Source: Candidatus Delongbacteria bacterium (GTDB lineage Bacteria > UBA4055). Taken from it: a stretch of DNA of 32,931 nt. Made by a program: the position numbers and the translations under genes. Position 1 is the stretch's first letter, and each line of letters begins with the position of its first letter. The stretch spans positions 1 to 32,931 of the forward strand of contig JAFGVM010000017.1 in NCBI GenBank assembly GCA_016937995.1, written 5' to 3'. Below the pieces are notes generated by a model. It made no database searches. It worked only from the letters and a program-made list of their open reading frames with translations, and was not told the origin of the DNA. Positions 17,390 to 25,342 of the stretch are shown here, piece by piece.

Positions 17390-18382
17390 TCAAATTGTAT
17401 TTTCCTTGGCTAATCCCAGAGGTTGTCCTTTGATATACAATATCTCTTTGTTCGTGATCATATTCCACAGAACAGAATTCACATCCTGTGGAGTAAGATG
17501 GGACAATGCACCCACAAATTTCGATATTTGAGATTCCTCTGAGTAATATCCGCTGAGAATATAAGGTAAATATGTTTTATATGTTTTCTCTTTGGATATC
17601 ATATCTGTTATTACGATCTTAACTTCATCCAGTGAGTTCAGCATAAGATCGGTGGACATTTTAACCTGTTCCCTGTCTATTTTTTTATCAAAGTCCAGAG
17701 AAGAAATTGTATTTGTGCATGTAAACAGGTCTGCAGGGATCTTATAAGAATAGAACATTCCGCTTTTCTTTCCAGCTTTTGAGTTTAAACTTCTAACGAA
17801 TTTTTGTATCAGGGCAACAGGGGCAATGTAGAATTTATTGTCCGGGAAAGTATTATTTTCTTTTTTATAATTCGCAAAGTCCTTTATTGCTACCCACACA
17901 GGAATATCAAGATCTTTCTCAATATTGTTCAATTCAAGTATCTCCTCTTTGTCCAAACTGAAGAACTTGAAATTTTCCTGATCATTAATTTCAACTTCGA
18001 ACATCTTTCTGCATTTCACATCAATGAATATTTTACCGATCGAGGGTATTTTGACCAAAAAATCCGGTCTTGAATTTCCGATGTTCAGATAAAATCCCTG
18101 TCTCTGTTCGCTGATCTGAAGAAAACTTCCGGTGTAAAGACTTTTGTACTGACGTCTTTCAAGTATTTTTTTCATTTCATTTTCAGCATGATATGAAGCC
18201 AGCTCTATTGTTTCGAAGAAATTCTTAAGCTTAACACCGGTAATCTTTTTCTTGTCTTTAATAAGATCATATTCAGAATTTTTAACCGGAATATATTCCA
18301 TTTCATCTCTGAATTTGCTTTTGTGGAATCCCTCGTAGATTTCCAGAAAATTTTCTTTTGAGTTTCTTGTGATCTCTGCCAT
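17390..18382 (-). CDS. Hypothetical protein, PD-(D/E)XK nuclease-like
   Basis: HAENE helix, then RPDFLV-x7-IFIDVKCR (PD...DxK) and IPVWVA strand; AAGGAG RBS. Confidence 0.65.
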   Translation of the reverse strand: MAEITRNSKENFLEIYEGFHKSKFRDEMEYIPVKNSEYDLIKDKKKITGVKLKNFFETIELASYHAENEMKKILERRQYKSLYTGSFLQISEQRQGFYLNIGNSRPDFLVKIPSIGKIFIDVKCRKMFEVEINDQENFKFFSLDKEEILELNNIEKDLDIPVWVAIKDFANYKKENNTFPDNKFYIAPVALIQKFVRSLNSKAGKKSGMFYSYKIPADLFTCTNTISSLDFDKKIDREQVKMSTDLMLNSLDEVKIVITDMISKEKTYKTYLPYILSGYYSEESQISKFVGALSHLTPQDVNSVLWNMITNKEILYIKGQPLGLAKENTI

Positions 18383-18401
18383 GATGATTTTACTCCTTAC
18401 T

Positions 18402-18953
18402 TTATTTTATTATCTTTTTTAGTTCTGAAAAGTCCTGGATATAGTGGTCGTAGTCTTTACAGGTTTTTACAGTTTCCTTCCCGTAACCGGAACTGACAAG
18501 TATCGTTGTTAGTCCCATTTTCCGTCCCAATTCCATATCCGCAGGCTTATCACCAATAAAGTAAGAATCTGACAAGGTCAAATAGTGAACTTTTGCTGCT
18601 TTTTTTAAAAAAAATGTTTTCGGTTTTCTGCATTCACAATCAATTGCATACTTTTTGACTACACCGTCCCTGTGATGAGGACAATAGTAAAATTCTGTGA
18701 AATGAAAACCGTATTTTTCAGCTTCATGTTGTATATGTTCGTGTAATTTCTTTAGATCTTCCTCAGTGTAGTATCCCCGGGCAATTCCCGATTGATTTGT
18801 CACTACGATAAGTTTATATCCTTTATCAAAAAAAAATTTTAATGCTTCAGGAACATTTTTCTCAAATTGAAAATCTTCAATCTTGTACAAATAGTCAGTA
18901 TCGACATTGATCGTACCATCTCTATCGAGAAAAAGTGCTTTATCCTTCATCAT
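18402..18953 (-). CDS. gmhB: D-glycero-D-manno-heptose 1,7-bisphosphate phosphatase (HAD family)
   Basis: ALFLDRDGTIN, VVTNQSGIARG, YYCPHH...CECRKP, FIGDK. Confidence 0.93.
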   Translation of the reverse strand: MMKDKALFLDRDGTINVDTDYLYKIEDFQFEKNVPEALKFFFDKGYKLIVVTNQSGIARGYYTEEDLKKLHEHIQHEAEKYGFHFTEFYYCPHHRDGVVKKYAIDCECRKPKTFFLKKAAKVHYLTLSDSYFIGDKPADMELGRKMGLTTILVSSGYGKETVKTCKDYDHYIQDFSELKKIIK

Positions 18954-18995
18954 TTACCGTTTATCATGCAAAAATAATTTTATATTAATATCAGA

Positions 18996-19763
18996 CTATT
19001 TATATTCGTACTTATAAGGTACTTCACCTTTGAATTTGTTTGTTTCAACTCTTAGCAATACTTCGTTTATATCATCCATATCGTAACCGAGATTGGTTGT
19101 TTTTATCTTGCTGTTCTTTTCATCAAATATCGAGAACATTATTTCATCGGCTTGTTTGTAAGAAAATCCCAGATCATTTTCATCTGTCTGTCCTTCAAAT
19201 AGATCTGCTGAAGGGGTCTTTTCAATAATTTCACCCGGAACTCCCAAATGTTCTGCCAGCAATCTGATCTGAGATTTATAAAAACCGGCTATAGGATTAA
19301 TTATAGATGCAAGATCTCCATGCAGAGTTCCGTAACCAAGAAGAAGTTCACTTTTATTACTTGTTCCCAGAACTACAGCGTTATTCTCAGCTGCGATATC
19401 AAAGAGTATCGTCATTCGTATTCTTGCCATTATATTTCCAAATCTGGTGGGATCTCCGACTTCCAGTTTTTTCCCGAACGATTTTGCTATATCGGTAATA
19501 TCTATCTCTCTTGATTCAACTCCCAGCAGTTTAATGACCCTATCAGCATCAATTATAGAGGAGCGGCTGCTAGTTTTGTATGGTAATTTGACACATATCA
19601 CATCTTTTGGAGCTAAAGCTCTTACTGCCAGATATGCAACAACTGCAGAATCAAGACCTCCTGACAATCCTACAACAACTTTTAACTGTTTTGTTTTCGT
19701 AAAAGTTTTCTTTAGCCATGTAGTTATTTTGGGTATCTCTTTTTTAGGGGATATGCTTAACAT
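18996..19763 (-). CDS. nadE: NH3-dependent NAD+ synthetase
   Basis: VGLSGGLDSA, GNIMARIRM, LGTSNKSELLLGYGTLHGD, PSADLFEGQTDE; no glutaminase domain. Confidence 0.96.
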   Translation of the reverse strand: MLSISPKKEIPKITTWLKKTFTKTKQLKVVVGLSGGLDSAVVAYLAVRALAPKDVICVKLPYKTSSRSSIIDADRVIKLLGVESREIDITDIAKSFGKKLEVGDPTRFGNIMARIRMTILFDIAAENNAVVLGTSNKSELLLGYGTLHGDLASIINPIAGFYKSQIRLLAEHLGVPGEIIEKTPSADLFEGQTDENDLGFSYKQADEIMFSIFDEKNSKIKTTNLGYDMDDINEVLLRVETNKFKGEVPYKYEYK

Positions 19764-19874
19764 GATTATTCCTCCAGTGTTACCGGTTTATGTGTATACA
19801 TTAATTTACTTGACCATATATGTATTGTAAAATACTATAAATAGCTTGAAAATAAAATTCTTTTTTTCAAAAAT

Positions 19875-19901
19875 AAAAAGGGCACGCAATCTTGCATACC
19901 C
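19875..19901 (-). terminator. Intrinsic terminator after the 19951-20481 gene
   Basis: Minus strand GGGTATGCAA-GA-TTGCGTGCCC-TTTTT; the G-U pairs form only on the minus strand. Confidence 0.75.
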
Positions 19902-19950
19902 CGGTCGATCAATTTTGTGGTACGGAACGCATGAATTTGTTCCATATTTT

Positions 19951-20481
19951 TTATTTTTTCGCTTTTCCTTTACCCTGATTCGACTTTTTTATTTCACTTT
20001 TTTGAGGTTTTACTTCAGATTTATTTTCTATTTCTTTCTTTTCCTGCTTCTTTTCTTTTCTGTGCTTTCTCTCTTTAATTCTGTTCTTCATTCCCTTAAA
20101 TTCTTTTGAACCGGGTTTTACACCCATTTTTTTTGCTATAAATCCCCAGCCGTTCCAACCGTTTTCTTTATACTGCAAGAGAACATCTCTCATTGGTTTA
20201 CCTGAAGCTTTTGAAACTTCCAGTGCCATATATACATCTGCAGGTTGCATTCTATAATCAACTTTCAACATTTCTAGTTTCTTTTCTGTAACATCATAGT
20301 TTGTGATCATTTCCCGGTTAAAATTTTTAATATTCAGTTTCGCTTCAACATTGAATTCTGATAATGAAACATCCAGTTCTTTATCTCCGGTCTTGGCACT
20401 GAATTCAATTTTAGTTGCATTAGGTACTGCAAAAGCGATTGTCATGCTTAATGCAAGAATAAGCATCATTAGTTTTTTCAT
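19951..20481 (-). CDS. Hypothetical exported protein with Lys-rich tail
   Basis: Signal peptide ending AFA; MQPADVYMALE and GWGFIAKKMGVKPGSKEF segments; basic low-complexity C-terminus; GGAG RBS. Confidence 0.8.
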   Translation of the reverse strand: MKKLMMLILALSMTIAFAVPNATKIEFSAKTGDKELDVSLSEFNVEAKLNIKNFNREMITNYDVTEKKLEMLKVDYRMQPADVYMALEVSKASGKPMRDVLLQYKENGWNGWGFIAKKMGVKPGSKEFKGMKNRIKERKHRKEKKQEKKEIENKSEVKPQKSEIKKSNQGKGKAKK

Positions 20482-20517
20482 TTCTTTTCTCCCAGGTTGT
20501 TAATTTCTACTCCTTTT

Positions 20518-20619
20518 TGCAAGGGGTTAAAACCGCCTTGTTACAGTCGTCACCCTGAATTAATTTCAGGGTCTCAGGATCTTTGCTTATACGGGAACAG
20601 TTTGAAACAGTTCCCTACA
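20518..20619. repeat. Intergenic repeat cluster 3: three palindromes
   Basis: CAAGGGGTTAAAACCGCCTTG (20520-20540); CGTCACCCTGAATTAATTTCAGGGTCT (20548-20574, one mismatch to the copy at 14655-14681); GTAG-type on minus TGTAGGGAACTGTTTCAAACTGTTCCCGTA (20590-20619). Confidence 0.85.
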
Positions 20620-20956
20620 AGCTATTTTTTACCTTATCTAATTGTTCTTTTGCTGTTGGAACATATTCAAAGAATTTTGACAAAATATCACATGGATAAA
20701 TATCACAATATGCACAGTTCGGCAAACCTTTCTCCATACTGCACTGCCTCATCTCGCATACATTACAATGACTGAAGACAACCTCACTTGAAAAACACCC
20801 CTGACAGTTAATATCTTCCGGTTTAATATCTGCACCATAATCCTCTGACCATTTCTGAGCAGTTTCTGCCCTGAGTTTATTGTCATCATTTTTCATCGCT
20901 AAATAAGCCGGGCATTCATGACAGCACAATCCGCAATGACCTATAATTTCTTCCAT
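20615..20956 (-). CDS. DUF3795-family Cys-rich protein
   Basis: CGLCCHECPAY, CQGC, CNVCEMRQC, CAYCDIYPC; GGAGG RBS. Confidence 0.9.
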   Translation of the reverse strand: MEEIIGHCGLCCHECPAYLAMKNDDNKLRAETAQKWSEDYGADIKPEDINCQGCFSSEVVFSHCNVCEMRQCSMEKGLPNCAYCDIYPCDILSKFFEYVPTAKEQLDKVKNSL

Positions 20957-20989
20957 ATTTCCTCCGTTTTAAAAATTTGTCATATAAGT

Positions 20990-21019
20990 TAAAGTATCAT
21001 ACTTTACACACTGTGTCAA
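20990..21019 (-). promoter_or_regulatory. Promoter of the DUF3795 gene with overlapping palindromic operator
   Basis: Minus strand TTGACA (21019-21014), 17-bp spacer, TACTTT (20996-20991); perfect 8-1-8 palindrome TAAAGTAT-C-ATACTTTA (20990-21006). Confidence 0.65.
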
Positions 21020-21054
21020 TAGTAGAATAAAAGTTAATTTTGATTAATAATTCC

Positions 21055-21094
21055 AATCAAATAGTTTGATTTTACCTAATAATAGATTTACATT
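21055..21094 (+). promoter_or_regulatory. Putative mrp promoter with palindrome over the -35
   Basis: TTGATT (21066-21071), 17-bp spacer, TACATT (21089-21094); AATCAAA-TAG-TTTGATT (21055-21071). Confidence 0.5.
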
Positions 21095-21224
21095 CCCGTC
21101 GAAATAATAACAACTTAAGACAATGCTTAGTTTAAATACTAAATAATATCATTTGTCATAAAATAAATAAGGTAAGTTGTTTAACTTTAATCATGAATTA
21201 GAATAAACAAATGAGGTAAAAATC

Positions 21225-22070
21225 ATGGCAGACGGATGCTCAACAGAAGGATGTTCTTCCTGTTCATCAGGAGAAACTCATTCACATAGTAAACCTTCAC
21301 AGGTAGAATATAAAAATTTGCTTCCTACGGCAAAAAATATCATTGGTATTGCAAGTGGCAAAGGTGGAGTTGGTAAATCTACTGTAGCAGCTAATGTTGC
21401 TGTAGCATTGACAAAACTTGGATATAAAGTAGGATTGCTTGACGCAGATGTTTTCGGACCATCAATATCAAAAATGTTCGGAACTAAAATAGGTGATGTA
21501 ACTGTTACAGATAAAAAAATGGATCCCGTTGAAATGCACGGTGTGAAAACCATGTCTATCGGAAATCTTGTAGATCCTGAAAGAGCTACAATTTGGAGAG
21601 GACCATTAGTTCATTCAGCTGTTACACAAATGATCTCAGATGTGAACTGGGGAGATATCGATTACTTTATTCTTGATCTTCCTCCGGGAACCGGAGATAT
21701 CCAGCTTTCTATAGTCCAGTCACTTAAAGTTGACTGGGTAGTTGCAGTCTCAACACCGCAGGAAATGTCACTTATCGATGTTAGAAAAGCTATTGACATG
21801 TTCCAGAAAGTAAATGTAAAAGTTCTTGGAATCGTTGAAAATATGTCATATTTTGTATGTGATAGTTGTGATAAAAAACATTACATTTTTGGTGACAGCG
21901 GAGCAAAAAAATATGCAGAACAAAAGAATTTTGAACTTCTCGGTCAGGTTCCTTTGATCGATAAGATCATGAATTCAGGTGAGGAGAGCGTACCTTATGC
22001 TGTTACAGATGAAGACCATGTTTACGAAAATATCGCAACAAATATGGTAAAAATTATGAACCCAAAGTAG
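21225..22070 (+). CDS. mrp: Mrp/ApbC/NBP35-family Fe-S cluster carrier ATPase
   Basis: ASGKGGVGKST, LLDADVFGPS, WRGP, DLPPGTGD, GIVENMS, CDSC; Cys/His-rich N-terminus; GAGG RBS. Confidence 0.95.
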   Translation: MADGCSTEGCSSCSSGETHSHSKPSQVEYKNLLPTAKNIIGIASGKGGVGKSTVAANVAVALTKLGYKVGLLDADVFGPSISKMFGTKIGDVTVTDKKMDPVEMHGVKTMSIGNLVDPERATIWRGPLVHSAVTQMISDVNWGDIDYFILDLPPGTGDIQLSIVQSLKVDWVVAVSTPQEMSLIDVRKAIDMFQKVNVKVLGIVENMSYFVCDSCDKKHYIFGDSGAKKYAEQKNFELLGQVPLIDKIMNSGEESVPYAVTDEDHVYENIATNMVKIMNPK

Positions 22071-22490
22071 GTGATCAACTTGACAAAAGAAAAGCTGGAC
22101 AAAAGATCTCTTATGATCTCGGTATATTCTTTCGGATTTCAGAAGAACGGTATTCCTGCAAATGAACATGGAGATGGTGGAGGATTTGTTTTTGACTGCA
22201 GATTCCTTCTAAACCCTCACAACGATCCTAAATTAAGAGAGTTTACAGGCAAAGACCAGCCGATCATTGAATTTTTCAGTGATTATCATCCGATAGATAT
22301 ATTTATTGATGAGTGTTATCTGATGGTGGAAAGGTCTGCGATCTCATATATTGAATCAGGCTATACTAATCTTCAGGTTTCTTTCGGGTGTACAGGGGGA
22401 AGGCACAGATCAGTATATTGCGCTGAAAAAGTAACAAAAAAATTATCTTCGAAAGGTTTTCAGGTACAAATTTTCCATCAGGAGATATAA
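22071..22490 (+). CDS. Stand-alone RapZ C-terminal domain protein (alternative start TTG at 22080)
   Basis: SFGF..GIP, FVFDCRFLLNP, LREFTGKD, GCTGGRHRSVYCAE; no N-terminal P-loop domain. AGGTGA lies 5 nt before the in-frame TTG at 22080. Confidence 0.88.
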   Translation: MINLTKEKLDKRSLMISVYSFGFQKNGIPANEHGDGGGFVFDCRFLLNPHNDPKLREFTGKDQPIIEFFSDYHPIDIFIDECYLMVERSAISYIESGYTNLQVSFGCTGGRHRSVYCAEKVTKKLSSKGFQVQIFHQEI

Positions 22491-22584
22491 TTAATTATTT
22501 TTGAACTTTTATAAAATTGCAGGAGTTAAAGAGTTGTAATTAACATTACGTTCATTAACTTCCTCCTCAAGAAAATGAAAATAT

Positions 22585-22611
22585 AAAAGCCCCGCAGTAA
22601 GGGGCTTTTTT
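22585..22611. terminator. Bidirectional intrinsic terminator
   Basis: AAAAGCCCC-GCAGTAA-GGGGCTTTTTT between convergent genes. Confidence 0.85.
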
Positions 22612-23692
22612 ATTTTTGACCGGAAATTGTCTGGATCGAACGCCCGTCAGTTAATATCCTGATAGAACCATTGATATCTGTTCTTAAAATCGAACCTGAA
22701 TTAGCCTTCAACCTACCCAGAACTTCATCTGTCGGATGATCCCATGGATTTCCCTCTCCCACACTTATCACAGATAATTTCGGTCTGACATATTCTAAAA
22801 AATCTTCTGAAGAACTTGAACTGCTACCGTGATGAGGGACTTTTAGTATATCGTAATTTTGGAAGGACTGGAAATAACTCTGCTGTAACAAATATTCCTC
22901 TGTCTCAACTTCAATATCAGATGTGAACAGCATTTCAAGATCTTTGTATACCAGCTTCATCGTTATCGACCTATTATTTTCCTCTGTTTCAACAGAATCC
23001 AGTATGTCCGTTGGAAGATCTCCATAATGCAACATGATCCCAAAAACATCATCTGAGAAAAATAAAGTATCATTGACTGCGGGAAGATCGGTCGAATTAT
23101 TTGTAAAATAATCATCGCAAGTAATAGTTCCGTCATTGACCACATCGTTCAACCCTCCGTAATGGTCTGCATCATCATGTGTCTGGAGAATATATTTTAG
23201 ATCAGCAATTCCTTCGTCTTTCAAATAATTTAATAATGTCGGTTCTCCACCATCCTGCCAGTCATAGAATCCCATAGTTCCAAAACCTCCATCCATTACC
23301 GAAGGTCTCTCATTCAAAGGTGAAATAATAAATGAATCACCCTGACTTACATCCAGAACTGTAATTTCGATCAGATCATTGTGGATCTCGTTCAAATAGA
23401 CAGATCTGCTGAAGATCGTATCATTCTCAAAGATCAGTGACATCTGATATGTACCTGAAATATCTATATTAAAAAAGGTAATGGTATTATCTTCATTGCA
23501 GGGAAAAGCTGAATACAGGAAGTTGTCATTTTCCAGTATCACATGATCGAACTGATAACCACCAGGTTCGAATTCATAAACACCGTTGGCCAATGCCAGT
23601 TCCGGTTCCCGTTCAAGAAATAATCTGTCTTCACATGAGATAAAAATTAAAATTAACAAAACAAATGAAATATTCAACAGTCTTGTGACCAT
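22610..23692 (-). CDS. ComEC/Rec2-like MBL-fold hydrolase, predicted lipoprotein
   Basis: FISC lipobox; LDVSQGDS, DGG, THDDADHYGG, ENNRS, LFTSD, ILKVPHHGS, ISVGEGNPWDHP, RTDINGSI; lacks the ComEC membrane domain. Confidence 0.88.
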   Translation of the reverse strand: MVTRLLNISFVLLILIFISCEDRLFLEREPELALANGVYEFEPGGYQFDHVILENDNFLYSAFPCNEDNTITFFNIDISGTYQMSLIFENDTIFSRSVYLNEIHNDLIEITVLDVSQGDSFIISPLNERPSVMDGGFGTMGFYDWQDGGEPTLLNYLKDEGIADLKYILQTHDDADHYGGLNDVVNDGTITCDDYFTNNSTDLPAVNDTLFFSDDVFGIMLHYGDLPTDILDSVETEENNRSITMKLVYKDLEMLFTSDIEVETEEYLLQQSYFQSFQNYDILKVPHHGSSSSSSEDFLEYVRPKLSVISVGEGNPWDHPTDEVLGRLKANSGSILRTDINGSIRILTDGRSIQTISGQK

Positions 23693-23694
23693 TT

Positions 23695-25008
23695 TTATTT
23701 ATCCAGAAAGCTGCTTAACATAGAATCTTTACCGGCTATGATCTCATTTTCCTGGTTCAGGACCCTGTTCAATTCAGGAAACTGTTTTTCACTACCATAA
23801 ATTTTTGTTTCTAAATACATCTTATCCACTGCTTTTAAGACTCTTTCTACTGTAAGCTTTTCAACAGGTATATTCAATGTATAAGCATCATGTTTTTTTG
23901 CGATCTCGATTATTATTCCGCTTTGCTCGAGTTTTGCAATACACTGATTAACATCTTTCAACGGTATATCAAGTTCTGAACTGATCTCCATCAAACTTGA
24001 CCTTTCATTACCATCGATAAAATCTTTAAGTATTTTTAATGTTATCATCATAGCTATTTTGATCTTATCTACCCTGTTTGTTTCCACATTTATTTCCATG
24101 TGCTTTAAGTTGTGGATGTTCTGTCTTACAAAAGTGATCTGAACACTGAGAAGAACTATTATCCATGAAAAATATATCCAAAGCATGAAGAACGGTAAAA
24201 CCGCAACAGAACCGTAGATCACGTTATAGCTGACCGCCATTCTTGTATAGTGAATGAATATCGCTTTAAGGATCGTGTAGAGGATCGCCCCGATAAACGC
24301 ACCAACTGCAGCATGTTTAACCTTGACTTTAGTATTAGGCATTATTATCAGCAGGAACATGAACATCAGCATTATCAGAAAGAACGGTAACATCTGAAAT
24401 ATTATGAAGGTTGAAAAACCTCCCCATACATTATCACCCGCCTGAATAATGAATTCAAGTCTACCCGCAAGCCAGATCGATACAATCAGAAGAACAGGAG
24501 TAATGAACACGATCGATAAATATGTCTTCAATTGCTCTAACGGCTGTCTGTCCTTGTTCATCTGCCAGACCATATTGAACGATCTTTCTATTGATGACAG
24601 AATTGAATACACTGCCACTAGTAAAAACACAGCACCAATACTTCCCAAAGCATCCACTGTTGCTGAACCCAGAAATGAATCGATGTATTCTGAGATAGTA
24701 TCTCCGGCACCTGATGCTAAAAAGTCATAGATCATCGGCTTGATCTTCGTTTCTACCATCTTTCCGCCGAAAGCTTTGAAGAACATGAATAATATCGCTA
24801 AAACAGGTATAAGTGATAAAAGGGTGGTAAATGCAAGGGCAGAGGCTCTGCTGAAAAGATTGTTCCTCTGCAGAAGTTTAACTTCAAGAACAAGCATCTG
24901 TAACTCTTTCATAAAAAATCGTTTAGCTCCGCTAAAACTCTCCTCAATATCAGTGAACCAAAGATCATGAGTTAAAAATTTGTGTGCTTTCTTAATGAAT
25001 TTAGTCAA
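23695..25008 (-). CDS. YihY/BrkB-family inner membrane protein with C-terminal winged-helix-like domain
   Basis: ASALAFTTLLSLIP, IERSFNMVW, PNTKV, YNVIYGSVAVLPFFMLWIYFSW; C-terminal LMEISSELDIP...LEQSGII; TTG start with GAAGG upstream. Confidence 0.9.
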   Translation of the reverse strand: MTKFIKKAHKFLTHDLWFTDIEESFSGAKRFFMKELQMLVLEVKLLQRNNLFSRASALAFTTLLSLIPVLAILFMFFKAFGGKMVETKIKPMIYDFLASGAGDTISEYIDSFLGSATVDALGSIGAVFLLVAVYSILSSIERSFNMVWQMNKDRQPLEQLKTYLSIVFITPVLLIVSIWLAGRLEFIIQAGDNVWGGFSTFIIFQMLPFFLIMLMFMFLLIIMPNTKVKVKHAAVGAFIGAILYTILKAIFIHYTRMAVSYNVIYGSVAVLPFFMLWIYFSWIIVLLSVQITFVRQNIHNLKHMEINVETNRVDKIKIAMMITLKILKDFIDGNERSSLMEISSELDIPLKDVNQCIAKLEQSGIIIEIAKKHDAYTLNIPVEKLTVERVLKAVDKMYLETKIYGSEKQFPELNRVLNQENEIIAGKDSMLSSFLDK

Positions 25009-25342
25009 AATATAACCTTCAAGTTAATTATTTGATCTTAGTGTTGTGCCGCAAACTGTATTTTTGTCAGAAATAATTTGTAAATAAATGCCTGATAAGT
25101 CAAGAGATATATTTAATAGTCCGTAGAACTCAAAAAAAATAAAATGAAGAGTTTGAAGTCAATTAACACTTTAGATCTTGAAAACTTCATAGTGTAAAAA
25201 TTAACAATTCACCGCAAATTTTAAAATGAATTTAAATAAAGATATGCAAGGAGAATGTAAATTTTCGAAAATGAGTTTACATGATGTAAATGAATTGAGA
25301 ATAATTTACACTTCAACGCAGCAGATCAAAGTTTAAAACATT

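Noticed and set aside
19902..19950. Hairpin ATGGAAC/GTTCCGT (minus) as a riboswitch for nadE
   Set aside because: No match to a riboswitch I recognise; more simply the 3' UTR and terminator of the upstream gene
25009..25342. AT-rich gap next to dnaB as oriC
   Set aside because: No cluster of DnaA boxes and no dnaA, dnaN or gidA context
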